DNA of 64,000 nucleotides, taken from positions 211,301-275,300 of the IMG/VR virus record IMGVR_UViG_3300020122_000238; one strand, 5' to 3'. The notes beneath the pieces are model-generated. The model did no database searches and was not told the DNA's origin. It saw only the letters and a list, made by a program, of their open reading frames with translations. Shown in pieces: positions 28,027 through 37,904 of this stretch; position 1 is the stretch's first letter; every line of letters starts with the position of its first letter. The translations under genes and the position numbers were made by a program.

Positions 28027-28308
28027 ATGCCTACCGATCGCCAAACCCTCGTCGCTGTTCTATCGCTCCCTCCGGGCAAGCTATCCCCGCGAGAGAAGAC
28101 CATCTTCACGCAGTGGCTCGATACTCTCGACGCTGGAGTCATCGCCCTGACCAAGGGGCAGCGAAAGTGGGTGGATGATGTCTTCGTGAAAAATGAGCTA
28201 GACAAGGGGGAGCGGCCTCCCCCCAAGCCGCTGAAGGGGCGCATCAAGAATGAGCAGCCCCTCGACAAGATGCCCCGACCTCTGCGTCCCCCGGGGCGAT
28301 CGAAATGA
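28027..28308 (+). CDS. hypothetical protein
   Basis: 93-aa ORF. Confidence 0.7.
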   Translation: MPTDRQTLVAVLSLPPGKLSPREKTIFTQWLDTLDAGVIALTKGQRKWVDDVFVKNELDKGERPPPKPLKGRIKNEQPLDKMPRPLRPPGRSK

Positions 28309-28940
28309 GCGGTACCCATGAAAATCTCATGGGGCAGGTCTTCGGTCGCCTCACGGTAATCGCGGGCCCGACCCATAAACGTGGGCGCACAGCCTGGATG
28401 TGTCTGTGCTCATGCAGCAAACGAAACTCTTTTATCGTTTGCTCGAAAGAGTTGAAGATGGGGCAGTCCACCTCATGCGGTTGCATCAAGGATGAGCTTC
28501 ATCGCGTCCGCCTCGCAACACATGGGATGTCCGAAACCCCTGAATACCGTGCCTGGCAGCTCATCAAGAACAGATGTGGAAACCCCAAGGCAAGAGAGTA
28601 CCTCTACTACGGGGGACGGGGAATCAAGCTATACGACGCCTGGCAGACCTCCTTTGTGCTATTCCACACACATCTTGGGCCAAGACCCTCACCCCTACAT
28701 TCTGTGGATCGGCATCCCGACATGAATGGGGACTATGCACCTGGTAACGTTCGATGGGCAACCTCCAAAGAGCAGAACAGAAATCGTAGAAACAACGTAC
28801 TAATCGTAGTTGGCGGGCGCACAATAACGTTGGCACAGGCTGCCGAAGAAGCTGGCCTCCCTTACGGTCTGGTGTATCGAAGATTCGTCAGAGATAAATT
28901 TACACCTGAATTGACTCTCAAACCTCCTGGACGAAAATGA
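28305..28940 (+). CDS. free-standing HNH homing endonuclease-like protein
   Basis: CLCSC...SCGC, YYGGRGI, SVDRHPDMNGDYAPGNVRWATSKEQNRNRR. Confidence 0.85.
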   Translation: MSGTHENLMGQVFGRLTVIAGPTHKRGRTAWMCLCSCSKRNSFIVCSKELKMGQSTSCGCIKDELHRVRLATHGMSETPEYRAWQLIKNRCGNPKAREYLYYGGRGIKLYDAWQTSFVLFHTHLGPRPSPLHSVDRHPDMNGDYAPGNVRWATSKEQNRNRRNNVLIVVGGRTITLAQAAEEAGLPYGLVYRRFVRDKFTPELTLKPPGRK

Positions 28941-29497
28941 AACGCTGGGATCCTGACATCGAGGATTACATCGACGAGACGAATGGCGAGGAGCCGGATA
29001 TCGAAGACGATATCCGCTTCAAGCTCGATATGGTCGAGATGATCCGTACCGAGTTGGGAGACAAGAAAGCAGCTTTGGCTCAAACCACGCTGAAGATCCC
29101 CGAGCTGGACTATTCTATGTCCTTCCACGTCGGGATGTGGCTGCGCCATGCTGAAGACGAAGTAACCAGAGTTCGTCTCGAAATATTGGAGGTTCGAGAC
29201 GAAACCTGTCTCGTCTACTGCGTCGGGTGGGAGGAGCCGACTGAGAAAACAAAGAAGATACTCTGTTGGTATAGAATATCTGAACCCCCCTCGACGGCTC
29301 TGCCATCTTGGGTGAAGCCGGGTGCGTACTTCGGCAGCAATTCTCGCAACAGATGGTGCATTCTTACCATCAAAGAGGGCATGTTCACAGCGAAGCGTAC
29401 ACGCGATCAGTACTTCGCCACCTGGACATCAGAGGACCTGTTCGACGAGTGCCGTCCCATCCTCACGGCATGGGAACAGCTCGACGACTTGGGATAG
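28937..29497 (+). CDS. hypothetical protein with C-terminal tag
   Basis: Ends ILTAWEQLDDLG. Confidence 0.75.
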   Translation: MKRWDPDIEDYIDETNGEEPDIEDDIRFKLDMVEMIRTELGDKKAALAQTTLKIPELDYSMSFHVGMWLRHAEDEVTRVRLEILEVRDETCLVYCVGWEEPTEKTKKILCWYRISEPPSTALPSWVKPGAYFGSNSRNRWCILTIKEGMFTAKRTRDQYFATWTSEDLFDECRPILTAWEQLDDLG

Positions 29498-29499
29498 CT

Positions 29500-29805
29500 A
29501 TGGCTCGTTTCTGTACACACTTTTCCGATATCGACTGCTGTGATGTCCCTTGTTCAAGGCAAGGCTGTGGACACGAATGCTCGTACCACGAAGAGAAGTT
29601 GTGCATTGGCGTGGGTTGTACCTGCACAGCCTTCGACAACACCCCCGTTGTCCGAGATCACCATGCTGAGGACCTCAGCTTCATCCTGGAGCTGAGGACT
29701 GCGACCCCCGAGAAGCTCCGCGAGCTTGAGATCAACCTGCACTTTGGGGGTCCACAGTGGCAGCGCATCGCAGTTGAACGAGAAGTCTCAAAAAGATCGG
29801 TGTAG
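29500..29805 (+). CDS. Cys-rich hypothetical protein
   Basis: CGHECSYH...C...CTCTAF. Confidence 0.65.
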   Translation: MARFCTHFSDIDCCDVPCSRQGCGHECSYHEEKLCIGVGCTCTAFDNTPVVRDHHAEDLSFILELRTATPEKLRELEINLHFGGPQWQRIAVEREVSKRSV

Positions 29806-29814
29806 TCGCTCGGG

Positions 29815-30387
29815 ATGTTGACGAAGAAGATCCTGACGGCGACGAAGCATTACCTGAGCAAGACCCCCGAAGAGAACCGCGCCTATGGCCTGGTTACGGA
29901 TGGGAAGATCAACCCCGGCACCTTCCGCTTCATGCCGGTGCTGGCGTGGCTTCGCAAGAAGCCCGAGAGGAGCAGGATTGTCCTCTCGGGCTTCTTGCTG
30001 CGCATGACGGAAGGTGCTTTCGTGGGAGGCCTCGACTGGTCCATCCCGCTGAACCCGGAAACCGAGAACGACGCCGCGAACCTTCTCTCGTCCTTCGGGT
30101 GGGACAATCGAGTGTGGCCTTCAGACCCGGGCTGGCCCGACGATCTGCCGGATGAGGAACACACGCTGCACGGGATGCTCAAGAAGAAGGGCATCTTGGA
30201 GACGCTCACGTTCCCGCCGAAGGAATCGGGCAACAGGGTGATGACGCTTCATGTGCTGAAGGTGTCGAACCCCTTCCCGCTGCCGATCCTGGTTGCTGAT
30301 GAAGACCGTCAGGAGGTGGCCCCCGAGATGCTCTCGAAACTTCGAGAGCTGGTCGCCGACCCGAGCTGCTTCTCGCTGTCCTCCTAG
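29815..30387 (+). CDS. hypothetical protein
   Basis: GGTGTA-N10-ATG. Confidence 0.75.
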   Translation: MLTKKILTATKHYLSKTPEENRAYGLVTDGKINPGTFRFMPVLAWLRKKPERSRIVLSGFLLRMTEGAFVGGLDWSIPLNPETENDAANLLSSFGWDNRVWPSDPGWPDDLPDEEHTLHGMLKKKGILETLTFPPKESGNRVMTLHVLKVSNPFPLPILVADEDRQEVAPEMLSKLRELVADPSCFSLSS

Positions 30388-30977
30388 TCGTCCGCGAGAA
30401 GGTGCCCCCACGCGTTGTCAGGTCTACCTTTGGGCCCTCTCGTCCGAAGCAACCTGACAATGGGGAGATCGGCTGCCGCAGCCAGGGAATCATCCAGCTC
30501 CCTGGTTGCGATGGAGCACTGGTCGATGTGGTGCGCGGGATTTGAGATGTCCCGCACCGTGATGAGCCACACCCCCTTCTTCTTCTGAATGTAGACCCCA
30601 GCCCGCCAGGTGTTCATGACCTTCGTGTTGGGGTCTTGGGCTCCCGTGGCGACATCGAATGGCTCTGGGATCAAAGCCATCGTGTTCTCCGTCTCACGGT
30701 AGAGATGTTTCCCGAAGGGCCGTCGCGTGTACTCCGTGCTGATCTGGTTCAGCGGAATTTGAGTCTCATGGCAGACAGTATCCCACCGCGTAAGAATTCC
30801 CCCAGGCACGAGAGTGGTGATTGGCCCTGTAGTTCTTGACCCGTGGGGGGTCGTCAGGTCAGGCCGCCAGGTCACGATCCCATCAACCTCGGAGGTCTTC
30901 AGCGATCGAATCACAACATGACCGGGGCACATGTCCCCCAAAATCATGACAGGCTTCTGCATCAGGACAAGGATCAT
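30384..30977 (-). CDS. hypothetical protein with C-terminal tag
   Basis: Ends PDNAWGHLLADD; GGTGTA-N10-ATG. Confidence 0.7.
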   Translation of the reverse strand: MILVLMQKPVMILGDMCPGHVVIRSLKTSEVDGIVTWRPDLTTPHGSRTTGPITTLVPGGILTRWDTVCHETQIPLNQISTEYTRRPFGKHLYRETENTMALIPEPFDVATGAQDPNTKVMNTWRAGVYIQKKKGVWLITVRDISNPAHHIDQCSIATRELDDSLAAAADLPIVRLLRTRGPKGRPDNAWGHLLADD

Positions 30978-30987
30978 CTTGAGGATC

Positions 30988-31001
30988 TACACCGCGGTGT
31001 A
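30988..31001. promoter_or_regulatory. palindromic bidirectional class B element TACACC-GC-GGTGTA
   Basis: Exactly 10 nt from ATG 30977 (-) and from ATG 31012 (+). Confidence 0.8.
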
Positions 31002-31011
31002 CTCTAGCGAC

Positions 31012-31731
31012 ATGGGATCGACCCCCAAAAAGACCCCTGTGAAGTACCACTCCTGGTGGACCGAGAAAGCCGTACCTCATCGGAACATGTTGATGGTGAG
31101 GTACGACTACGGGCACTCCAGGGTCGATAGATCCTTGTACGGATGTCTGGTCGTCGGAGACGACCAGACGCTCCTCTGGCTCAGCAGTGAGGAGATCCGG
31201 GAAAAGTGGAAGCCCTTCCGCGTACCCTTCTCGGCAGTTATTCCTCTGGGGGTGTGGCCCCAGTGGGTGACTCGACGAGATGTCCAATGGCACACAGCGC
31301 CAGACCATCCTCGGCGAATGACCATCGTCTCGTACAAGCCCAAGAGCTTCTGGCTTGCAACCACCACCGTGGTCGAGCCCTTCGAGGGCCCAAGATTCCA
31401 AGTCTACAGAGCAACGCAGAGTTTCAAGGTTGATCACGAGATGGTGCAATACGGGGACCATCTCACCCTCGATAGAGACTACAACGTGTGGACCGTGCGT
31501 AAGAAGAGCATCGCTCGGTTCTGCAACCGGGAGATCACAGCCTTCCTTGCTATGCAATACCTCATCCCCGTGATTCAACCGAGCGGGATGCCCTTCGATT
31601 GGAGCATTCAGAAGTTCACCACACGCTTCTGGAGTCTCCACACTTTCGCTCAGAACCATCGGCCTCTGATGCCCTCAAAACCGACCGCTTGGGACGTTGT
31701 GATGGCCGACGAATTCGAGGAAATGGTGTAG
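31012..31731 (+). CDS. hypothetical protein with C-terminal tag
   Basis: Ends KPTAWDVVMADEFEEMV. Confidence 0.75.
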   Translation: MGSTPKKTPVKYHSWWTEKAVPHRNMLMVRYDYGHSRVDRSLYGCLVVGDDQTLLWLSSEEIREKWKPFRVPFSAVIPLGVWPQWVTRRDVQWHTAPDHPRRMTIVSYKPKSFWLATTTVVEPFEGPRFQVYRATQSFKVDHEMVQYGDHLTLDRDYNVWTVRKKSIARFCNREITAFLAMQYLIPVIQPSGMPFDWSIQKFTTRFWSLHTFAQNHRPLMPSKPTAWDVVMADEFEEMV

Positions 31732-31740
31732 GTATAGCCC

Positions 31741-32286
31741 ATGGGAATCCTCGATCGTGTTGTGCGTCGCGTCTGTGAAAAAGTCTCCAAGTGGGCCCCT
31801 TCGTGGCGCATGATCACCCGAGGTGACAACGAGCCCTACCTGAAGAGGTACTACTTCTTCAGGCGTGAATGGGTTCTGGAATGGTTCGAGACTCAGGGTT
31901 GGGAGACCCCGAGGTTCGTGGCCAAGATCCCCTCGCTCTACCTTCACCATTTCGTGGCGGGGGATGATGAGGTCGAGCTGCACAACCATCCCTTCAAGAA
32001 GAGCCTCGCCCTCGTTCTGACGGGCGGGTATCACGAGGAACGTAAGGTGGGGAACGAGGTCCACAGCCGGATCGTCCCGCCCTGGTCCTTCAACCTCATC
32101 GACGCCAATACCTTCCACAAGGTGGAACTCCTCGACAAGGAGAAGGGCGCCTGGACCATCTTCCTTTCGGGAGAGCGTACCCAGCGCTGGGGTTTTTGGC
32201 ATCCGGAGACGTTCGAGTACGTCGACTGGGAAAACCATGTGGACGCCCGCCCCAACCCCGAGGCAAGGCTTCACCATGCCCCCTAG
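31741..32286 (+). CDS. cupin-like phage protein
   Basis: LYLHHF...LHNHPF...LTGGYHEE...FHKVEL...WTIF. Confidence 0.65.
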   Translation: MGILDRVVRRVCEKVSKWAPSWRMITRGDNEPYLKRYYFFRREWVLEWFETQGWETPRFVAKIPSLYLHHFVAGDDEVELHNHPFKKSLALVLTGGYHEERKVGNEVHSRIVPPWSFNLIDANTFHKVELLDKEKGAWTIFLSGERTQRWGFWHPETFEYVDWENHVDARPNPEARLHHAP

Positions 32287-32608
32287 AATGTGGGCTGGGG
32301 GGCCCCTCTACCCTGACTGGTTGGTCATCAACCAACTCGTTGAGACGACGGCAAGACACCCAGGGATACGACAACAATCAGTCATTACCAGGATCACTGA
32401 CGGGTTGGTGTACGTCCGATCAAATACCGGCATCGGAGATATTTGGTATCGAGCAGAGCACTTCGTGGACGAATGGCGGGTGCTTCATACCCCCCTGAAG
32501 AACGATCTCGCTCCCGAGGACTACAGGTGGGAGCCCAAGCCTGTCGAGCCCCCCAAGCCCGCTCCGACGTGGCATGAGCTCCTCATTGACGATGACTTCG
32601 ACATCTAG
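32276..32608 (+). CDS. hypothetical protein with C-terminal tag
   Basis: Ends APTWHELLIDDDFDI. Confidence 0.75.
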   Translation: MPPRMWAGGPLYPDWLVINQLVETTARHPGIRQQSVITRITDGLVYVRSNTGIGDIWYRAEHFVDEWRVLHTPLKNDLAPEDYRWEPKPVEPPKPAPTWHELLIDDDFDI

Positions 32609-32633
32609 TCGAAGTCATCGTCAATGAGGAGCT
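32577..32633. repeat. 26-bp perfect inverted repeat encoding the same C-terminal peptide in two convergent genes
   Basis: AGCTCCTCATTGACGATGACTTCGAC-ATCTA-GTCGAAGTCATCGTCAATGAGGAGCT. Confidence 0.95.
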
Positions 32634-33321
32634 GCTCCCAGGCAGTGGGCCAGAAGATGTGGACCCTGGGGGTGGCCGGAGGGGGAGGGGGCTGCGTCGG
32701 CACCCCGGGAAGGTACCTCCCCATCAGAGAGGGGGTCTCGGTCGGATCGAACTCCGGGACTTCAACTCGACGTCGCATGTTTTCCAAAGCCCGCGTGTTG
32801 AAGACCATGTCCCCAACGTGTTCGTGAGCCGTTAACCCCTCGCCGGAAATCCGATCCATGGCGTCGAAGACCCGCTGGTCCTCTTCCTCTCGAAGACGCT
32901 CTTGCGCGAACATCTCTCGTGTCCTCACAACATCCTGCCACACAGTATTAGGGGCAACCTGCACGAAGGAGGGCGTAAACTCCTCTCGGAAAACCGAGTA
33001 CCTGGGGTCAGGAGAGGGTTCTCCAATCCCGTAGACGTTGCGGAACGTTTCTTGGGAGACGCACAGATCCACGTGGACCATACGCTCCATGATCTCCATT
33101 TCCTCCGATAGGTTGAGGGATGAGGGCAGCAAAGGAAGCAACTGTATGGGGGGTGCCGGTAGGATGGGGAGCGCCGGTAGGACCGGTAGGATGGGGAGCG
33201 CCGGTAGGACCGGTAGGAGCCCCATCCTCCTGATCACTTCATTCGCACGCTCACGTATGTCTTGGAGCACCAGATGCTCCAGAACTCGCCGGATGAGAGG
33301 GACACCATCACGAGGGGGCAT
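32605..33321 (-). CDS. hypothetical protein with Pro/Leu repeat and C-terminal tag
   Basis: Ends WPTAWEQLLIDDDFD; GGTGTA-N9-ATG. Confidence 0.75.
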   Translation of the reverse strand: MPPRDGVPLIRRVLEHLVLQDIRERANEVIRRMGLLPVLPALPILPVLPALPILPAPPIQLLPLLPSSLNLSEEMEIMERMVHVDLCVSQETFRNVYGIGEPSPDPRYSVFREEFTPSFVQVAPNTVWQDVVRTREMFAQERLREEEDQRVFDAMDRISGEGLTAHEHVGDMVFNTRALENMRRRVEVPEFDPTETPSLMGRYLPGVPTQPPPPPATPRVHIFWPTAWEQLLIDDDFD

Positions 33322-33362
33322 GGAGAGCCCTACACCACCTTTCCGCGGTGTAGGGCAGGAAG

Positions 33363-33836
33363 ATGGCTGACGAAGATCCGGATGATTTGAGCGCGGACTG
33401 GAAACTGATCGGAGGACCTCCGCCTCCTCCCGAAGAACCCCCTCCGATCAGTGCAACCGAAGCCATCGAGCGCATGGTGATGGCTTCGGTTCAGTACTTG
33501 GCCATCCTATCGGCAAGGGTGGAAAAGTCCCCATCCATCACCATACAGGTGCATCACAAGAAGGACGCAGAGGGGCAAATCGTCACGACCTGGTCTGCCC
33601 AATACCGCTCCGAGTCGAACCCAGCCATCAGCCTGGTCCCCAGTACGCAGTTCCCCACCATCGACGAAGCCGTTGAGAGCTTGCATAGCAACATGGCTAC
33701 CATGCTCTCGAATCAGTTGAGAGCATGGCAAAAAGAGGCGGCCTCGCACCAACAGCAGATGGAGGAGAAGTTCAAGATCGCTTCCTCCATCGCTACGATC
33801 TTGGGGAATTTAGGGGTTCCGCAGACGAAAGTCTAG
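33363..33836 (+). CDS. hypothetical protein with N-terminal acidic-W tag
   Basis: MADEDPDDLSADWKLIGGPPPPP; GGTGTA-N10-ATG. Confidence 0.75.
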   Translation: MADEDPDDLSADWKLIGGPPPPPEEPPPISATEAIERMVMASVQYLAILSARVEKSPSITIQVHHKKDAEGQIVTTWSAQYRSESNPAISLVPSTQFPTIDEAVESLHSNMATMLSNQLRAWQKEAASHQQQMEEKFKIASSIATILGNLGVPQTKV

Positions 33837-33923
33837 CCTTACAGGCTACGTCTGTGTTACCCTCGCCTCGAAACCCTGCCAGATCAGCGCGATCTAGGGC
33901 AAAGCCGGTGTATAGGAGTACTC

Positions 33924-34349
33924 ATGAGCGAAGACCTGTATGATTTGGACAGCTATTGGGAGTTGAGGGTTCTACCTCCTCGGCCTCCCGAACCTGAGAT
34001 CGAAGCAGCGCCAGAACCCATTCAAGAACTCACTTTCACTCCGAGGGGAGTGTACTTGGGCCTATTCACAGCCCTACCCCAAGACACCAATGAGGGTGTG
34101 GAGCTTACCGATACCAGATACGCTCGCGCATCTGTGAATCCCAGATTCACATCAAACAGTAGGGGGGAATCGGTAGCTGAGATCACACACCGATTCCCCC
34201 CTATGAGCACTCCCGTGGTTGTGATGGGTGGGGGTCTTTGGGATGCCCCTGTGGGGGGCAATCTCCTCTACTTTTCAAGCCTAGCCGTGAATCTCCGCGT
34301 CGACCTCGGAATGAACGCGGAGATTCACCTCACCGTCTCTGCTGACTAG
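33924..34349 (+). CDS. N-tagged protein with phage tail-fibre-like domain
   Basis: MSEDLYDLDSYWELRVLPPRPP; YLGLFTA.P...E...YAR...GLWDAPVGGNLLY. Confidence 0.7.
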   Translation: MSEDLYDLDSYWELRVLPPRPPEPEIEAAPEPIQELTFTPRGVYLGLFTALPQDTNEGVELTDTRYARASVNPRFTSNSRGESVAEITHRFPPMSTPVVVMGGGLWDAPVGGNLLYFSSLAVNLRVDLGMNAEIHLTVSAD

Positions 34350-34735
34350 AGCTGTACCTTCACCTGAGCGTAAGCGAGCGCATCGGCCCAGCCCTCTTCG
34401 GAGGCGGGAAAGCGAGCGGAAGGACCCGGGGCCTCCGTGGCGTCACGAGAAGCCTTCTTAGGGTCTCGGAAGTGCGGGTCGATGGTCCGCCAGCGCATCG
34501 CATTCAGAGACGAGACGCCCAGATAGACGAGGACCTTCACCCCCTCGTAACTGCATGTCTTGCAGTTGGGGTAGGACACCTTGATGACGAGGTGCCGTCC
34601 AACCGCAACTGCGTCCACGATTGTGTAGTTCTTGGCGTCGGGTGTCTTGGGCACGGAGGAGTAGCTTTCGTAGGGGTCTCTGTAGTCCTTGTGGCTGCTA
34701 CAGCTCGGGTCATTGGCGCTGTGTCGACAGGTCAT
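34346..34735 (-). CDS. hypothetical protein
   Basis: 129-aa ORF. Confidence 0.7.
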   Translation of the reverse strand: MTCRHSANDPSCSSHKDYRDPYESYSSVPKTPDAKNYTIVDAVAVGRHLVIKVSYPNCKTCSYEGVKVLVYLGVSSLNAMRWRTIDPHFRDPKKASRDATEAPGPSARFPASEEGWADALAYAQVKVQL

Positions 34736-34759
34736 GGGCTCTCTTCAAGGGTAAGACGT

Positions 34760-34999
34760 TTAGACGTAACGTGGATCCCGCAAGTACGGAAACAGCTCTT
34801 GCATCGAACCAGGCTTGGCCGGAGGGAACCCTTCACCATCCGGCACCCCCAGCATCTTGCTGAAGTTCGGCTCGCCCGTTTCAGCCGCCATATCATTCAG
34901 GGTATCGGCGAAAGACGCTGCCAGATCCTCCGGAAGATCGGGGTTGGCGTCGATGGCCTTTTGTTCTGCGGGCGTCCAGTTCGTCGTCTTCATCGTCAC
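34760..34999 (-). CDS. hypothetical protein
   Basis: Coupled to upstream gene. Confidence 0.6.
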   Translation of the reverse strand: MTMKTTNWTPAEQKAIDANPDLPEDLAASFADTLNDMAAETGEPNFSKMLGVPDGEGFPPAKPGSMQELFPYLRDPRYV

Positions 35000-36129
35000 T
35001 TCGCCGTGTTGCGCAGCTCGGTCGAGCTGATGTCCCAGCGGCCCGGGACGTCCTTGAACAGAAAGACAAGGATGTCGACGACATCCTTGTGGGCGTAGAT
35101 GATGTCACTGCCCGTCTTGTACTCACCCTTGACGAGCCGACCGAGCACGTAAAAGCGCGTGCAGTGGGCCGAGAACTCCTCCAGCAAGGGCGCGACTTCG
35201 ATGCCCCACTTGGGGTCGAGCATCGTCGCCAGGGTGTCCGCCCCGAGCACGAAGGCAGCACCCGGGAAGGCCTTCGCCTTGTCGAGGAAGAGCGGGTCGT
35301 TCTCCGACAAGAGGTAGTTACGCCCTCGCATCCCAGCCACCCGTTGCAACAGCTCCGGGACCGTGACAGGCGTCTTGTGGACCGGGTTGATGGTGGTCAT
35401 GTGGACCAACGTCTGGTAGAACCTGTAGGCGAGAAGATGCGCTTCCCGGCCCCCCTTCTCGTGCCCATCATGGAAGGGATTGAAGCTCCCCGGGTAGATA
35501 AGGGTCGTCAGGGGGTTGATGTCCGCAGCCGTTCCGCGCGTCCCATCCGCCTTGAAGTAGGGGTGAGCGAAGAGACGAGCCCGCGCTTTGTCCATGGCCT
35601 CGATGGGCTCGAACTTCACCCCGAGGATGTCGGGGTCGACCGGGAGGCCCATCGCTCGCGAGAGGATGTTCAACCCCATCGAATCGGCGATCATCCCGTC
35701 CACCGTGCGCTGCTCCCAGCCCACTCCTTTGGGGATGACAGCGGAGGCGATGTAGCAGCCCCCATCACCGAAGGCCGCGACGAAGATCCGGTGATCTCCC
35801 CGGTGCTCCCGAGTCGAAGCGACCGAAGCAGCGAGGCCAATCCCGATTGCCTTCGAGCCAGGCTTCACGGCCCGGAGGTACGCGGTCATGGCGAGGTCGA
35901 GCGCGATGTTCTCGTCGCAGTACTTCTCGGGGATGAATCCGAGATGGCGCGCGGTGGCCTCGGGCTCGTACGGGAAGCACGCTTCGATGAAGAAGTTAGA
36001 AATGCCCGGAGGAGCCCAGAGGCGGGACTGGACCCCTGCTCCGGCCCCCGTGGCGATGACGACGACCCGTGGAGCGTCAGCCCCAAGGTCGCGGAGGATT
36101 TCGATGTTGCGTGTGGTGTTGGTGCTCAT
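34996..36129 (-). CDS. CinA-like domain fused to NMN adenylyltransferase-like (HxGH) domain
   Basis: ATGAG...PPGISNFFIEACFPY; YPGSFNPFHDGH; FLDKA...FVLGADT; ISSTELR; class A motif upstream. Confidence 0.75.
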   Translation of the reverse strand: MSTNTTRNIEILRDLGADAPRVVVIATGAGAGVQSRLWAPPGISNFFIEACFPYEPEATARHLGFIPEKYCDENIALDLAMTAYLRAVKPGSKAIGIGLAASVASTREHRGDHRIFVAAFGDGGCYIASAVIPKGVGWEQRTVDGMIADSMGLNILSRAMGLPVDPDILGVKFEPIEAMDKARARLFAHPYFKADGTRGTAADINPLTTLIYPGSFNPFHDGHEKGGREAHLLAYRFYQTLVHMTTINPVHKTPVTVPELLQRVAGMRGRNYLLSENDPLFLDKAKAFPGAAFVLGADTLATMLDPKWGIEVAPLLEEFSAHCTRFYVLGRLVKGEYKTGSDIIYAHKDVVDILVFLFKDVPGRWDISSTELRNTAK

Positions 36130-36283
36130 GTTGTCGGCTCTACAAGACGAGAAAGCCACGGATCAACCAGGATTCTCTTCGGGGTTGTGGGTCCCCACAG
36201 AGATCGGACCAGTGGCGTCGATGTAGCATAGCCTAACCTTCCAGGGCTTCCTTCTCCCGAAGGACATGGTGCTTTGGGGCACC

Positions 36284-36562
36284 TTAAAAATCGTCGTCTT
36301 CCAAGAGGAAGGCCACATGTGGGGGAGGCAGAAGCCGTAACCGACTCACGAGCACGCCTGCATGTGTCGTCTCCCCATACTGAAGATCCAGGGGGCATAC
36401 AGTGACCCACCCCTTCTGGAAATGATACCCGGGAGTGGAGTTGTCGCGCACTCCCGAAATCAATCGAACTTTTCTCCCCTGCCAACTATAACCCAAGCGA
36501 CCTTCGACGATGTATATCTCGGGAGAAAAGTTGGCACGTGGTTGAGGACAGTCTTCGCTCAT
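36284..36562 (-). CDS. hypothetical protein with degenerate C-terminal tag
   Basis: Ends PPPHVAFLLEDDDF; ATGA-coupled. Confidence 0.65.
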   Translation of the reverse strand: MSEDCPQPRANFSPEIYIVEGRLGYSWQGRKVRLISGVRDNSTPGYHFQKGWVTVCPLDLQYGETTHAGVLVSRLRLLPPPHVAFLLEDDDF

Positions 36563-36783
36563 TTGCGGTGGAAGACCTTGATCTCCCCCTCGGTCTCTTC
36601 GACGGAAGCCAGCATTTGCAGGGCTTCTTGGGCGGTTCGGACCTTCTCCCGAGTGCTGTAGGTGAAGGCCCAAGATCGTACGTCAACCCATCCGTCGGTA
36701 TCCCCCGCCCACCAATACCTCCGAGCCCAGCGATTGGCGGCAGAGGTATCAACACGCACATCTCGACGGATGATGTAGAGCAT
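36559..36783 (-). CDS. hypothetical protein
   Basis: 74-aa ORF. Confidence 0.65.
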   Translation of the reverse strand: MLYIIRRDVRVDTSAANRWARRYWWAGDTDGWVDVRSWAFTYSTREKVRTAQEALQMLASVEETEGEIKVFHRK

Positions 36784-36786
36784 GGA

Positions 36787-37878
36787 CTACTTCGCAGCCG
36801 GCTCGTCGCGCACAGCCCAGCCGATGGCCGGACGCACGATGAGGCTCTCCTCGTTCTGTGATACGCCAACGAAGCCCCCGAGGAACTCCATCTCGAACTT
36901 CGCGTCGTAGTAGAGCCAGGTGAACGGGACCTTCGAGAGACCGAGCGAGAAATCGGAGGGGTTGGGCCCTCCGCACATGTCCCCGATGCCCCGGGACCAC
37001 TTGTCGAGCGCGCGGTTCTTCCCGCGCGTGAGGTACGGGAAGAGCACGTTGATCCAACCCGTCACGTACGGCCCGCCGCTACCCCCGCCCTCATGGTAGA
37101 AGCTCTCCCAGAACTTGGGGTCGGCCTTACCTTCGGCCGACTCGATGACCTTGTCCAACACGGGGAGCAGCGCGTCAATCCACCACCCAAGGTCGTACTC
37201 CGCGAGGACCGCTGCCCGCGCCTTGACCCGACGCCAGTCTTCCACGGTGCCGAGCAGGGTGATCTCCGGGATGCCGCATGCCGTCCGCATGCCGTATGTG
37301 AAGTAGGCGCTCATGGCGTCCATGAGGACAATCTCGGAGGCCGCCTTCTCGATCAGGCCGGTCGTCGAGAAGTCCGCAACGATGAGGTCACGGGTCTTGC
37401 CGATGTGCTGGGCGAGCTGGTCAGAGAACTCACCGAAGGCTCCCGGCCAATCATTATCGGCGGAGCCCTTCACGAAGAAGTCCCGCACGACCTCGATGTG
37501 CTCCTTCCCCTCGTGCTTGACGAAGCGGCTCCGGAGCTTCTCCGCATTCTCATTGACATGGGCCGCGAAGCCCTGCGCGATGCAGAGCCAGAAGTCGTCC
37601 GGGCTCAGGGCGAACGGGTAGTGGTGATCGAAGGCGATGTGGACAGCCGAGATGAAGGGGTTGATGCTGACGGTGTCCCCTTTTCTCTCCGACTTGCGGG
37701 TTCCGATGAGGGTCTCCGAGCTGGAGGCCGCTGCTTCGGGGGGAGCACCCCCAACGAGCCGGTGAATGGCTTCACCAACGGCAATACCGGCATCATAGGG
37801 CCGGTATTTGTTTTTGATCTGGGTGTACGGAGCTTCCGCGAGGGCGATCTTTTTGATCGTGGCTTTGAAGGTCTGCAT
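36787..37878 (-). CDS. DUF4419 family protein
   Basis: NPFISAVHIAFDHHYPFALSPDDFWLCIAQG, FVKHEGK, CGIPEITLLGTVEDW; GGTGTA-N10-ATG. Confidence 0.8.
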   Translation of the reverse strand: MQTFKATIKKIALAEAPYTQIKNKYRPYDAGIAVGEAIHRLVGGAPPEAAASSSETLIGTRKSERKGDTVSINPFISAVHIAFDHHYPFALSPDDFWLCIAQGFAAHVNENAEKLRSRFVKHEGKEHIEVVRDFFVKGSADNDWPGAFGEFSDQLAQHIGKTRDLIVADFSTTGLIEKAASEIVLMDAMSAYFTYGMRTACGIPEITLLGTVEDWRRVKARAAVLAEYDLGWWIDALLPVLDKVIESAEGKADPKFWESFYHEGGGSGGPYVTGWINVLFPYLTRGKNRALDKWSRGIGDMCGGPNPSDFSLGLSKVPFTWLYYDAKFEMEFLGGFVGVSQNEESLIVRPAIGWAVRDEPAAK

Positions 37879-37904
37879 GAGGACCTCTTACACCAAGACG
37901 ACCC

